A DNA stretch of 64,000 nt from a virus (IMGVR_UViG_3300029911_000024:2820-66819); one strand, 5' to 3'. Shown: positions 44,327 through 52,243, counted from the stretch's first letter. The notes: a model not told the origin generated them from the sequence alone. Program-made: numbers and translations.

Positions 44327-46200
44327 TCTGGCAGGCTGTCGCGCGCTGCGCCGTACAGCTTGATCTGCGCCTGGGCGAGCGCGTCCTTGCCAGGATCGCT
44401 ATCCGGCAAAGACCGCCACTGCTTGTAAAGCGTATGGCCACCGCCGCCTGATTCACTCTTGGCGTTGATAAGCTCTGGCGGCGCGAGCAGCACTTCCCCG
44501 ATCTGGCCATTCTTGAACTGGACGTTCACCGCCCGGTCAAAATACCCAACGTCCGTCGTCTTGTAGCCCTCGTCGGTGGCGGGGAAATGCTCGGCCAGCA
44601 TCTTGGCGACCTTGTCGGCCTGCTCCGGGGTGTCGACCGCGAAGGTGCCGCGCACGATGTCGGTCACGCCAGCCGGTTCGCGCCCGGCCGCCATCTTGGC
44701 CAGGGCAGCGTGGAAATCCTTCTCCAGCACGCGCGGCAGCTTCTTGACGCCGGGGCTACGCCACTGCGCGCCCGTCGCGGCCGCGATTTTATCCCCAACA
44801 TTGTCGAGCGTCGCCTTGTTGGCTTCCGCGCCAGCATAGACCTGCTCGATGGTTTTGAGCGGGCTGGCCTTGATCCAGCCAGCCTTGACATCCCGCGCAT
44901 CGTGCGGGCCCACCGCCTTGGTGCCTGGGCTGTCACCACCGCTCCAGCGGCCGTCATCGTCGCGCGGCTGATCGGGATCGTATTTCGCGAAGGCCTTGGC
45001 GATCATCTTGCGCAGGCCTTTTTCCTGGGCCCAGTTCTCGTTGATCCCGGCATGGACTTCCGGCCCGAACACCAGCGGGAAGCTTGGCGGCTCGATGGCG
45101 CGCACGTCCTTGCCCTGGGTGTCATAGGACAGGGTGATGTGGGTGAGATATTTGGGCCAGTCGTGCGTCGCGCCAGCCGCCATTGCCTCGGCGTGCCGCG
45201 CCTGGAGCGCAGGGCTTTGGAAATGAAGCACCACGGCACCCTTGTCGCCAAGGGCTGACAGATGCCGGTGATCGCCCACCGCCATCACGGTGTCGCTGCG
45301 CGGCTCCAGATCGACCGGCTTGCGGCTGTAGACCTGGGTGACATGCATTTCGTGGGGAGGGACGAGGTTGGGGATGCCAGCCGCTTTCGCCCAGGCGTGC
45401 AGCCGGTCGGCGTTGGCCAGCGGCCGGTGGACGTACAGGCTGTCAGGTGCAGCCAGCTTGGTGATGGTTGAGGCGGCCCGCAACGCATCGCCGAACGAGA
45501 TCGCCTTCCCAGCGGGCACGCCGCGCCCGACAATGACCTCGTGATATTTCCCGTTTTTGGTGACGTTGACAGCCACAACTTGGGAAACAGGAATATCCCG
45601 CTGCACTATGTTGTCGCCGAACTGGGCAGCGAACTCCCTGGTGGTCGCCCAGTTCTGGGTGGCCTTGGTGCGCTGCAACCCCACGGCGCGGAACAACGGA
45701 ATCTTGTCGCCATACTGGGCGCGTAGCACGGTGCGGGTGGCCGCGAAATTGTCGTAAAACTGATTTGGTGTCACCAGCTTGCTCTTGCCATCCATGATGT
45801 CGTCGATGGCAGTGTTGCTGTTTTTGGCGGTGCCATAGGCCGCATCGCTGATCGCCATATAGATCGGCTTGGTGCGCAACAGATCGGTGTGCGCGGCGAC
45901 GACAACGGCTGGTGACAGCGTGCTCATTGTTTCTGCGGCTGTGGCGATCTTTTCCGGTGTGGTCGGCTTTGAAAGATCGAAGCGCAGCGACCCAGCCTGC
46001 CGCACATGTTCCTGAAATGCTAAGGCATCTGCGCCAGTCAACGTCCCCTTTTGGCCCAGGGTACGAATGGCATCCACCTCGGCCTTGAGGCGCTCTCGCT
46101 TCTCGTCACGCGATCCACCCTCGATGCTGGAAAAGCGGCCGAGATCGTCGTGGTTTTCGTTGTATTTTAGGAACCGCTTCTGCGCTTCAAGCCGGGAACC
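44278..46200 (-). CDS. Polyvalent protein, distal part: ART-like + Acb1-like 2H phosphodiesterase + RelA/SpoT-like nucleotidyltransferase
   Basis: LFRAVG..NWATTREFAAQF..YHEVIV; SLYVHR..MHVTQVYSR..HITLSYD..LVFGPE; GVKK..R..EK..DIVRG..GYFD..VNV..GEV..GHTLY; frame stays open up to the TAG at 46203-46201. Confidence 0.8.
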   Translation of the reverse strand, partial: GSRLEAQKRFLKYNENHDDLGRFSSIEGGSRDEKRERLKAEVDAIRTLGQKGTLTGADALAFQEHVRQAGSLRFDLSKPTTPEKIATAAETMSTLSPAVVVAAHTDLLRTKPIYMAISDAAYGTAKNSNTAIDDIMDGKSKLVTPNQFYDNFAATRTVLRAQYGDKIPLFRAVGLQRTKATQNWATTREFAAQFGDNIVQRDIPVSQVVAVNVTKNGKYHEVIVGRGVPAGKAISFGDALRAASTITKLAAPDSLYVHRPLANADRLHAWAKAAGIPNLVPPHEMHVTQVYSRKPVDLEPRSDTVMAVGDHRHLSALGDKGAVVLHFQSPALQARHAEAMAAGATHDWPKYLTHITLSYDTQGKDVRAIEPPSFPLVFGPEVHAGINENWAQEKGLRKMIAKAFAKYDPDQPRDDDGRWSGGDSPGTKAVGPHDARDVKAGWIKASPLKTIEQVYAGAEANKATLDNVGDKIAAATGAQWRSPGVKKLPRVLEKDFHAALAKMAAGREPAGVTDIVRGTFAVDTPEQADKVAKMLAEHFPATDEGYKTTDVGYFDRAVNVQFKNGQIGEVLLAPPELINAKSESGGGGHTLYKQWRSLPDSDPGKDALAQAQIKLYGAARDSLPDQWKRVVHPLAPERAA

Positions 46201-46974
46201 CTACCGATCCCGAATCCCCCGCCATAGGTCTCCGGCGCTGCTTCCCTGATACCGGGATGCGTCAGCGGCGATGACGCGCTCGTAGGCTTCCCGGCCGCGC
46301 TGGCGCTGCTCGGCGTCGCTGCCTGTGCCTTGGTCGTCTCCGATGAACTCGGCATGTCCGGCGGTCCTTGTGGCCACGGTGTTGTGGGCGACGGCGAAAT
46401 CACCGACAGCGTGCCCGAGCGAGCCGTCAGTGTCCACCACCAGCACGCGGGTGCCGGTGGAGCTTGGAATCAAGGTGTGGAACCCGATGCCAGCTTTCAA
46501 GAGGGCCGCGTGGGTATCGGCCGGGCCGCCCGGCACCGTCAGGTCATACATGGCCTGCGGGCCGTCCTGGGCCTTGGTAAAGACCAAGACCGCCTTCTGG
46601 GCGGCGAGGTGGCCTTTCATCACCGTGGCAAGCCGCATGGCCTCCGGCGTGGCGTTCTGGCTTTCGGTGACGGTCGAGTTTTCCGCGCCGTCCGACCATG
46701 CGCCGATCACGCCCGCGCTGCTGCCGGTGATCCCCAGGCGGCTGTCGATGTCCCGAGACATGGCCTCGAAAAGCTTCTGACGCGGCCCAGCGAGGTCGTG
46801 GGCAGCGCCGCCGAAATCCTTGTCATGGATGCTGGGGCTGGCGAACGCCGCGCCGCCGCCGGTCCATTTGCCGTCCTGATCTCGGGCCTCGTCCGGGTCA
46901 AACTTGTGGATGGCAGCCGCAGCAGCCAAGGCTTGATCGAATGAAAGCGCGCCCACCGCTACCGTCTCCCCCAT
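46201..46974 (-). CDS. Polyvalent protein, proximal part (possible SAM-lyase-like module)
   Basis: KFDPDEARDQDGKW leader; GAWSDGAENS...QKAVLVF; ends in TAG in frame with the next ORF. Confidence 0.7.
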   Translation of the reverse strand: MGETVAVGALSFDQALAAAAAIHKFDPDEARDQDGKWTGGGAAFASPSIHDKDFGGAAHDLAGPRQKLFEAMSRDIDSRLGITGSSAGVIGAWSDGAENSTVTESQNATPEAMRLATVMKGHLAAQKAVLVFTKAQDGPQAMYDLTVPGGPADTHAALLKAGIGFHTLIPSSTGTRVLVVDTDGSLGHAVGDFAVAHNTVATRTAGHAEFIGDDQGTGSDAEQRQRGREAYERVIAADASRYQGSSAGDLWRGIRDR

Positions 46975-47215
46975 GCCAGACCGATTCCCAGTGGACGAGT
47001 TATCGCCCGAGGATCAGGCCTTCGTCCAGCTTATGGCTGGGGTGTATCGGATACTGACGACGATGCTGCTGGTTTTCCCGCCTGGACCTCGTCGGACTGC
47101 CCTTGAGGTTTTGCGGGAGAACCTGATAGCCACCGTCCGGTCAACGGTCGTGATGCCGGATCGCGCAAGTCATCCGGCTCGTCCGGGTGCCACTCCCAAT
47201 GAACCCAGCCGATAG
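46973..47215 (+). CDS. Possible small divergent ORF
   Basis: Protein-like composition, but overlaps the minus-strand ORF and has no clear RBS. Confidence 0.3.
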   Translation: MPDRFPVDELSPEDQAFVQLMAGVYRILTTMLLVFPPGPRRTALEVLRENLIATVRSTVVMPDRASHPARPGATPNEPSR

Positions 47216-47420
47216 TGGCTGTTTTCTCGACATAGCCGCCGGTCATGACATGGACGCGGTCTCCAACCTGGGCCCAGCGGATGCGGCGCTCGACGAACGC
47301 CATCAGCACGACATGGTTGCCCTTCGCCACCGGCCAGATGATGTCACCGTCATAGCCGATGCTGGCCAGGAACCGGTCCATGGCCTCGTCCATACGGCGC
47401 TTGATGTCGGCGTATTTCAC
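47031..47420 (-). CDS. Hypothetical protein
   Basis: GTGA overlap with upstream gene. Confidence 0.5.
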   Translation of the reverse strand: MKYADIKRRMDEAMDRFLASIGYDGDIIWPVAKGNHVVLMAFVERRIRWAQVGDRVHVMTGGYVEKTATIGWVHWEWHPDEPDDLRDPASRPLTGRWLSGSPAKPQGQSDEVQAGKPAASSSVSDTPQP

Positions 47421-47671
47421 AACCCGCCGCCGACGCGCATTACAGGCTTTTTTGTCTTGCGGGCAACGGCCTCCTGGGCAGCGACACGCCTGCCGCGCTC
47501 GGTCAGGGTAATCGTGACCTGCACAAGACCACGCCCGGCCAGGGCGCGCAGGTTTACGTTGGGCGATATGTGCTCGATGGTCGCGGCATTGCCTCTGACA
47601 GTGACGTCGCCGATCTTGTGAATGGCCGCGCGCTGGGTCTGGTTGAGATACGGGTCGCCGCTGTTGCTCAT
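47417..47671 (-). CDS. Small wHTH-like protein
   Basis: LRALAGRGLV...LTERGR. Confidence 0.6.
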   Translation of the reverse strand: MSNSGDPYLNQTQRAAIHKIGDVTVRGNAATIEHISPNVNLRALAGRGLVQVTITLTERGRRVAAQEAVARKTKKPVMRVGGGL

Positions 47672-48378
47672 GTGCCGACCCGCTCGTCTTTGGTATCGGC
47701 CCAGACGAACTCGCCATGTTCACCGACCGGGAAGTGCGCGCCGCAGCCGCAGCAGAACGTGCCGCCGTAATAGTCAGGGCATCTGGCATAAGTCTCAGCG
47801 ATTGCCTGAGACATTTTCGTCAACTGGCCGCAGCCTTTACCTACGCGGTCGAGTTCTTCCTGGGTCCAAAACTTTCCGCAGATCGTCGAGGCATCAGGGT
47901 ATTTTTCATATTGGACATAACCGAATGGAATGTACTGGGCATTTTCCTCCGGCGTCAGCACCCGCAACGGATATTGGGGCGCTGGCTTGCCGACGTGGAT
48001 GTAGCTGCGACGGACGGGCCGAACGAAACCCTTGGCGCGCTCCTCGGCCGACAGCACGACGTAATCCTGCTGCTGGCCGTTTGGTTTGCGCTCTTTGTGC
48101 GCGGGGTCATTGGGATCGCCGCCGCCGATCAGTTCCTTGGCGTTGCGGTCGACCGGGATATTTTCATTCTGCTTCAACATCCATGCGTCGATGGCCTGCT
48201 GCGCTTTCCTGACGCGATCAACGGCAGAGTCGTAAAGACCTTTCGCAAGCGTCAACTGGCGCGAGGCGGCGGCGACATTTTCCTGCGCGTCAGACCATTC
48301 GGTGTGAAGGTCGGTTTCTTCTTGGCTGACAGGTCTAGACTGTTCCATGGGCTCTCCGCTGCTTTGCGCGCCTGACAT
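47668..48378 (-). CDS. Conserved-looking phage protein with Cys-rich C-terminal domain
   Basis: YVVLSAEERAKGFVRPVRRSYIH...GCG..T.M...IAETYAR.P.YYG.TFC..C; start uncertain. Confidence 0.7.
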   Translation of the reverse strand: MSGAQSSGEPMEQSRPVSQEETDLHTEWSDAQENVAAASRQLTLAKGLYDSAVDRVRKAQQAIDAWMLKQNENIPVDRNAKELIGGGDPNDPAHKERKPNGQQQDYVVLSAEERAKGFVRPVRRSYIHVGKPAPQYPLRVLTPEENAQYIPFGYVQYEKYPDASTICGKFWTQEELDRVGKGCGQLTKMSQAIAETYARCPDYYGGTFCCGCGAHFPVGEHGEFVWADTKDERVGT

Positions 48379-48577
48379 GCCGGGCCCAGCCGCGCGATGG
48401 CCGTTGGTATGTTGCCATCAAAACCTCGTTGGCCGGAATATCAATTCCGATGACGATGCAGACGTGCGAGGCAGGTGCGTGTGTCGGCCAACCCCGGACA
48501 TGAACGGTTTGACCGACTTTCGCGCCGCGCCAGATCGGGCACATGCGGCTGGTGCTGATAGGGTTGTCGGTTCTCAC
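48335..48577 (-). CDS. Hypothetical protein
   Basis: GTGA-coupled ORF. Confidence 0.4.
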   Translation of the reverse strand: MRTDNPISTSRMCPIWRGAKVGQTVHVRGWPTHAPASHVCIVIGIDIPANEVLMATYQRPSRGWARHVRRAKQRRAHGTV

Positions 48578-48744
48578 GCCTTGACCCTTTTCTTTTTCGT
48601 CCCGGCGCTGGCGGCCTTGGCCGTGATCTCGGTGATGTCGAGCGGACCTTTGCAGGTATGGCGAAATTCGCTCTTGCCGCAGGTCCGGCAGCGCGGCGCG
48701 GCGCACGCCTTGGTACGTTTCTCCTGGGGTTCTGGCTTGGCCAT
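48574..48744 (-). CDS. Small zinc-finger protein
   Basis: My translation MAKPEPQEKRTKACAAPRCRTCGKSEFRHTC...; TGATG overlap. Confidence 0.5.
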   Translation of the reverse strand: MAKPEPQEKRTKACAAPRCRTCGKSEFRHTCKGPLDITEITAKAASAGTKKKRVKA

Positions 48745-49073
48745 CAGGCCCTTCCCGCTTCCTGGGAGATATTGGCCGCCTTTTCCTCGGCCATTTCCTG
48801 CTCGTCATATGATGCTTTGGCGCGGGCCAAGATCGCCGGAAAGTCGCGCCGCAGGTCTGCGATAATGGTATCCAGCGCGTCGATTCTCCAGCCTTCCACT
48901 GTGGCCATCGTAGCGACAGCCGCCATCAGCAGCTTGTGAGCGACAACACGGCCGTCAGCCGGATTACCACCGGCCAACTCGACATTGAGCCTTATGCCCA
49001 TCTGCATCGCGGCCGCGATTGCTTCGTGCTCGTCGTTTGACAGCGCGGGTAGAAACTTCTCGTGCGCGCCCAT
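48744..49073 (-). CDS. Hypothetical protein
   Basis: TAATG-coupled to the KTSC gene. Confidence 0.6.
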   Translation of the reverse strand: MGAHEKFLPALSNDEHEAIAAAMQMGIRLNVELAGGNPADGRVVAHKLLMAAVATMATVEGWRIDALDTIIADLRRDFPAILARAKASYDEQEMAEEKAANISQEAGRA

Positions 49074-49417
49074 TAGGCTGTCGCCTTGGCTTCCAGTGGG
49101 TTCGCTGCCAGCGTGTCCAGCAGGTTCGCGAAGTCGGCAGTCTGGGCCTGGATCACTTCCTGGCCGACACGCTTCTCGAAAGCATAACCGGCGCGCTTGA
49201 GGCGCTGGATCACGAACGAGCCAAGGCTGGGCGCGACCAGCATTTCAGCCCAAATCGCGGGCGGCACATCGAGATAGGCATAGACGGCTTCTGGCGAGCC
49301 CTTGAACACGACGCGCAGTTCTTTGGGTTCGGCCTTGTAGACCGCGCTGGCGATCTGGCTGCTGACCTCCGCGCGCTTGGCAAAGGACGGCAGCGGAGTC
49401 TTGGTTTCCTGTGACAT
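49073..49417 (-). CDS. KTSC domain protein
   Basis: SSQIASAVY....ELRVVFKG...YAYLDVP......L.APSLGSF; GAGGAG RBS. Confidence 0.85.
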   Translation of the reverse strand: MSQETKTPLPSFAKRAEVSSQIASAVYKAEPKELRVVFKGSPEAVYAYLDVPPAIWAEMLVAPSLGSFVIQRLKRAGYAFEKRVGQEVIQAQTADFANLLDTLAANPLEAKATA

Positions 49418-49443
49418 GGTAATCTCCTCGGGTGGATGGGTGA

Positions 49444-49477
49444 TTTGCATATAGGACAAATTGGCCTATATGGCAAT
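49444..49477. promoter_or_regulatory. Overlapping back-to-back promoters around one palindromic operator
   Basis: Plus: TTTGCA-N16-CTATAT; minus: ATTGCC-N17-CTATAT; core ATATAGGAC-AAATT-GGCCTATAT. Confidence 0.7.
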
Positions 49478-49497
49478 GCAGGCAGAGGAGGAAAACA

Positions 49498-49658
49498 TGA
49501 CAGACCTTGATCGCGTGCGAGACCGCCGGGCTGAGATTGATCGACAGGTCCAGGCCTTAAAAGCCGAGGATGCAGACCTCGCGACAGCCGAAACAGTGCT
49601 GGTCAGACTGCGGCCGACAGAAACGGCTAGGACGGTGCTGGCGGCCGTCAAGACCTGA
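49498..49658 (+). CDS. Small coiled-coil protein (stand-alone transcription unit)
   Basis: GAGGAGG RBS, promoter upstream, terminator downstream. Confidence 0.65.
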
Positions 49659-49725
49659 CGGAATCACTGTACGGTCTCGACGCACCCAGTCCCCTGGCTG
49701 GCGTGCATCTTCCCAACGAACTGGG

Positions 49726-49749
49726 CCCGGAGCGATCCGGGCCTTTTTT
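49726..49749 (+). terminator. Rho-independent terminator
   Basis: GGCCCGGA-GCGA-TCCGGGCC-TTTTTT. Confidence 0.8.
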
Positions 49750-49924
49750 ATGACAGGCGGCCGCTCAGTCGCACCATCAGAAAAACGAAAAAAGCGAACA
49801 GCGCAGTGCCAACGACAAAACCGATGATAGCGGCCGCGAGCAGGTCCATGCCGAGCCTACTCAAGGTGAAGGCAATCGCCATCACCACCGCAGCCCAAAG
49901 GACGATGAATAGCGCCTCGATCAC
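49748..49924 (-). CDS. Small two-TM membrane protein
   Basis: IEALFIVLWAAVVMAIAF...LLAAAIIGFVVGTALFAFFVFL; GTGA overlap. Confidence 0.55.
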   Translation of the reverse strand: MIEALFIVLWAAVVMAIAFTLSRLGMDLLAAAIIGFVVGTALFAFFVFLMVRLSGRLS

Positions 49925-50316
49925 TGCTTCTGTTCCGGTTCGGCGGCCGCGACATAGCCGGGCCGCAGATGCGGCGGCAGGGCGGCGGTCTCGTCGGCAA
50001 GAAGCTGCGCATTGGCGACCAGCTTTTCCTTGTGTGTCTCCTGCGCGGCATAGCGCTCGTCGCGCTGGCGCTCGCACCATTCGCCCAGGCACTCGAAGTC
50101 GCAAAAGTGGTGTTGCATGATGACGTCGTGCGCGTCGTGGCGCGTGACGTCGATCTTTCCCAGCGTCGGATGATCCGTGTGGTCGATCACCTCGGTGCCC
50201 GGCCGGATCGGCACCCGCGTGCCCTGCACCATCAGATGAAAGCCGCGCCCGTCGCCCTGGCTGATGTCCTTGCCGCAGTCCGGCGCGTCGCATGTGATGA
50301 CCTGATTCCGTGCCAT
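49921..50316 (-). CDS. Zinc-binding hypothetical protein
   Basis: TCDAPDCGK...HFCDFECL. Confidence 0.65.
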   Translation of the reverse strand: MARNQVITCDAPDCGKDISQGDGRGFHLMVQGTRVPIRPGTEVIDHTDHPTLGKIDVTRHDAHDVIMQHHFCDFECLGEWCERQRDERYAAQETHKEKLVANAQLLADETAALPPHLRPGYVAAAEPEQKQ

Positions 50317-50334
50317 TGGCTTTCCCTCGATGAT

Positions 50335-50848
50335 GGGTGGCGGCGCTGGTGAACTTCCACCCAGCCAGCGCCGCATCAGCCGGTTCTCAGCAAAGCCTCA
50401 CGACCGCTCCCCAGTTTTACAGCGCTCAACCGTCCAAAGTCATGCGCCGCCGACGCGGGACAATCTGTCCTGATTTTGTTTCGGGAGCAAGTGGCGGCCG
50501 TGAGCCTACCGGCCATCATGTTCGTCAGCCAGCAGAGCCTTTGCGTAGGTCAGCGCTCCGCTTTCGCTTTCGATGACCCTCAGCACGCAACGCCTCCTGC
50601 TGCTCAGTCGCCTCTTGTCCTGATGGTCCAGCCAACGGCATGAAATTCAACGAGAGGCGCACTAAGTGCCTACAGCTACCGGTTCCTTCTCAGCCGGGTC
50701 TTTCGCTGTCCCTAAAAGGTGCTGGCTGCCTCGCGAGCCTATCCAGACCCCTCTCAAGTATTCTGCTCTTTTCGGACGTGGGTGCTCGACCATCTGCACC
50801 TCAACGGCTTGCGCCGCACCTGTTTCAGTTTCCTAGGGCCTGAGGTCT
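50335..50848 (-). ncRNA. Candidate large structured ncRNA (ROOL/GOLLD-like class)
   Basis: About 510 nt without a credible ORF; nested helices and many GNRA loops; directly downstream of tmRNA. Confidence 0.6.
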
Positions 50849-50865
50849 AAATCGGCGACACGTCA

Positions 50866-51216
50866 GAAAAAAACAGTGGCCGGTATTCTGTTGCCCGGAA
50901 CCGGCCGAACCGCGCCTTCCGCATTAAGCGGCGAGGCGGACTTCTTCGTTGTCGTTGACCTTTACGGTCCTGCTCACCTTGGCTTGCGCCGTTTCGATCC
51001 GGTTCACGCCGTCGATCCTGTTTCGCCCCCAGCAACAGCACACCGACCAGACCTTCAACCGTTGCCGCCCGGTGCCGACCCGAACCGCTTGGGGAATCGA
51101 ACCCCGCCCTTTGTCTGTGCCCGGCCAACCGTGCCCGGGGGTGTGCTGGTGGTGGAGGCGGCGGGCACCGCCCCCGCGTCCGGTCAAGTCGTAATCGAAA
51201 ACATCAGCTTGCAGTG
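50866..51216 (-). ncRNA. ssrA: Two-piece (circularly permuted) tmRNA, alphaproteobacterial type
   Basis: Acceptor piece ends GGACGCGGGGGCGGTGCCCGCCGCCTCCACCA (3' end 51150); coding piece starts GGGGGCGAAACAGGATCGAC (51030); G3-U Ala determinant; tag VNDNEEVRLAA* at 50959-50924; terminal hairpin plus T7. Confidence 0.92.
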
Positions 51217-51222
51217 ATGGAG

Positions 51223-51250
51223 AGATAGGACGGAATGGCCGAATCGTCAA
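51223..51250 (-). promoter_or_regulatory. tmRNA promoter
   Basis: TTGACG-N16-CTATCT with GGCC-N5-GTCC in the spacer. Confidence 0.65.
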
Positions 51251-51499
51251 CTGGTGTTAATTTTCTCGCCCCTACTGGATGGTCGAAAATCCTATCATGT
51301 AACTTTTTTCGATCTCGTTCGTGGTGGATTGTCAAAGACTTGCGCAGACATGCACAAGTCGACATGCGAATTATGCCGGAACTTATGCGTCTATCCGAGC
51401 GCCACCGGGTTGTGCCTGTATCCCGCTGCTGCCCGCCGATCATCGCCCCCCAGCCCCGCATCGACGAGGGAAAGCCAGCAGCGGGAGGTCTCACACCAC

Positions 51500-51540
51500 C
51501 AAAGAAAAAGGCCCCGCCGGTTTCCCAGCGGAGCCTTTCG
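51500..51540 (-). terminator. Rho-independent terminator
   Basis: AAAGGCTCCGCTGG-GAAA-CCGGCGGGGCCTTTTTCTTT. Confidence 0.8.
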
Positions 51541-51561
51541 CCTGCCCGGTGAACGGCGGAA

Positions 51562-51963
51562 TTATACGACGGTGATCGTGCCCTGGGTATCCTCGGGATC
51601 GACGATCTCGCCCTCGAAATCGACGGTGACGACGTCGCCATCGGCATATGTGGTCACAGCGGTCAGGGTGAACAGGCCGTCGGTCGTGCCAGCCACAAAG
51701 GTGGCCGACAGGCCGTCAGCGGCGGGCGTCAGCGCCACAGCGCCAGCAGGCGTCACGCTCCAGGCAGGCACAATGCCAGCGGGCAGCGGGCGCGCGACGC
51801 CATTGGCATCGGTGAGGGCCAGGGTCGCCGTGTGGCTGGAGCCCTGGATAAAGTTCTGAGTCATGGCGATCTTTCCTTGCCCGTCGAAAATGAAAATGAA
51901 CCCGATGCGGCGCGGGGGCGAACACCGACACAGGTATCTGAGGATTTTGCAGATGGACAACAT
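51562..51963 (-). CDS. Ig-like beta-sandwich protein
   Basis: TATLALTDANG...PAWSV....VALTPAADGLSATFVAG; start either 51963 or 51864. Confidence 0.6.
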   Translation of the reverse strand: MLSICKILRYLCRCSPPRRIGFIFIFDGQGKIAMTQNFIQGSSHTATLALTDANGVARPLPAGIVPAWSVTPAGAVALTPAADGLSATFVAGTTDGLFTLTAVTTYADGDVVTVDFEGEIVDPEDTQGTITVV

Positions 51964-52003
51964 GGCCGGTTGTTTTACGCCGATCTCGAAAAGCCGCAAG
52001 CCC

Positions 52004-52243
52004 TCATTCGCCGCTTTCGTTGCCATAATCTTTGCAGCACGGGCCCAGCCAGACACCGCCATGGATGCGACGCCAACCTTCCGCTGCCGCCAGCCTGCGC
52101 ATGATGATGTAATCCTCGCCAACGGTGTGAAACCCGCCAGGGAACAGCGCACCGGATTTGGCGCAGCCGTCGCAGTCCAGCGTCATCGACAGCAGCATCA
52201 GCGGGCCGTCAGGATTCGGGATGCTGGTGAGGCGCTGGACCAT
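52004..52243 (-). CDS. Small zinc-finger-like protein
   Basis: CDGC...AEGW......LGPCC; TGATG overlap. Confidence 0.55.
   Translation of the reverse strand: MVQRLTSIPNPDGPLMLLSMTLDCDGCAKSGALFPGGFHTVGEDYIIMRRLAAAEGWRRIHGGVWLGPCCKDYGNESGE

Noticed and set aside
46201-46203. Genome-wide TAG reassignment (alternative genetic code)
   Set aside because: Other genes end normally at TAG (endolysin 11791, glycosyltransferase-like 21810, MuF 53185) and no other gene is visibly interrupted; no suppressor tRNA seen
50866-51216. tmRNA as host chromosomal gene or prophage attachment site
   Set aside because: Flanked on both sides by phage genes, promoter contains the phage palindrome, no integrase or duplicated 3' fragment in the window
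50924-51250. 108-aa ORF ending in VNDNEEVRLAA
   Set aside because: It is the tmRNA tag frame extended by chance through RNA structure, not a protein gene
51245-51262. CtrA box at the tmRNA promoter
   Set aside because: TTAA-N6-TTGA deviates from TTAA-N7-TTAA in both spacing and sequence
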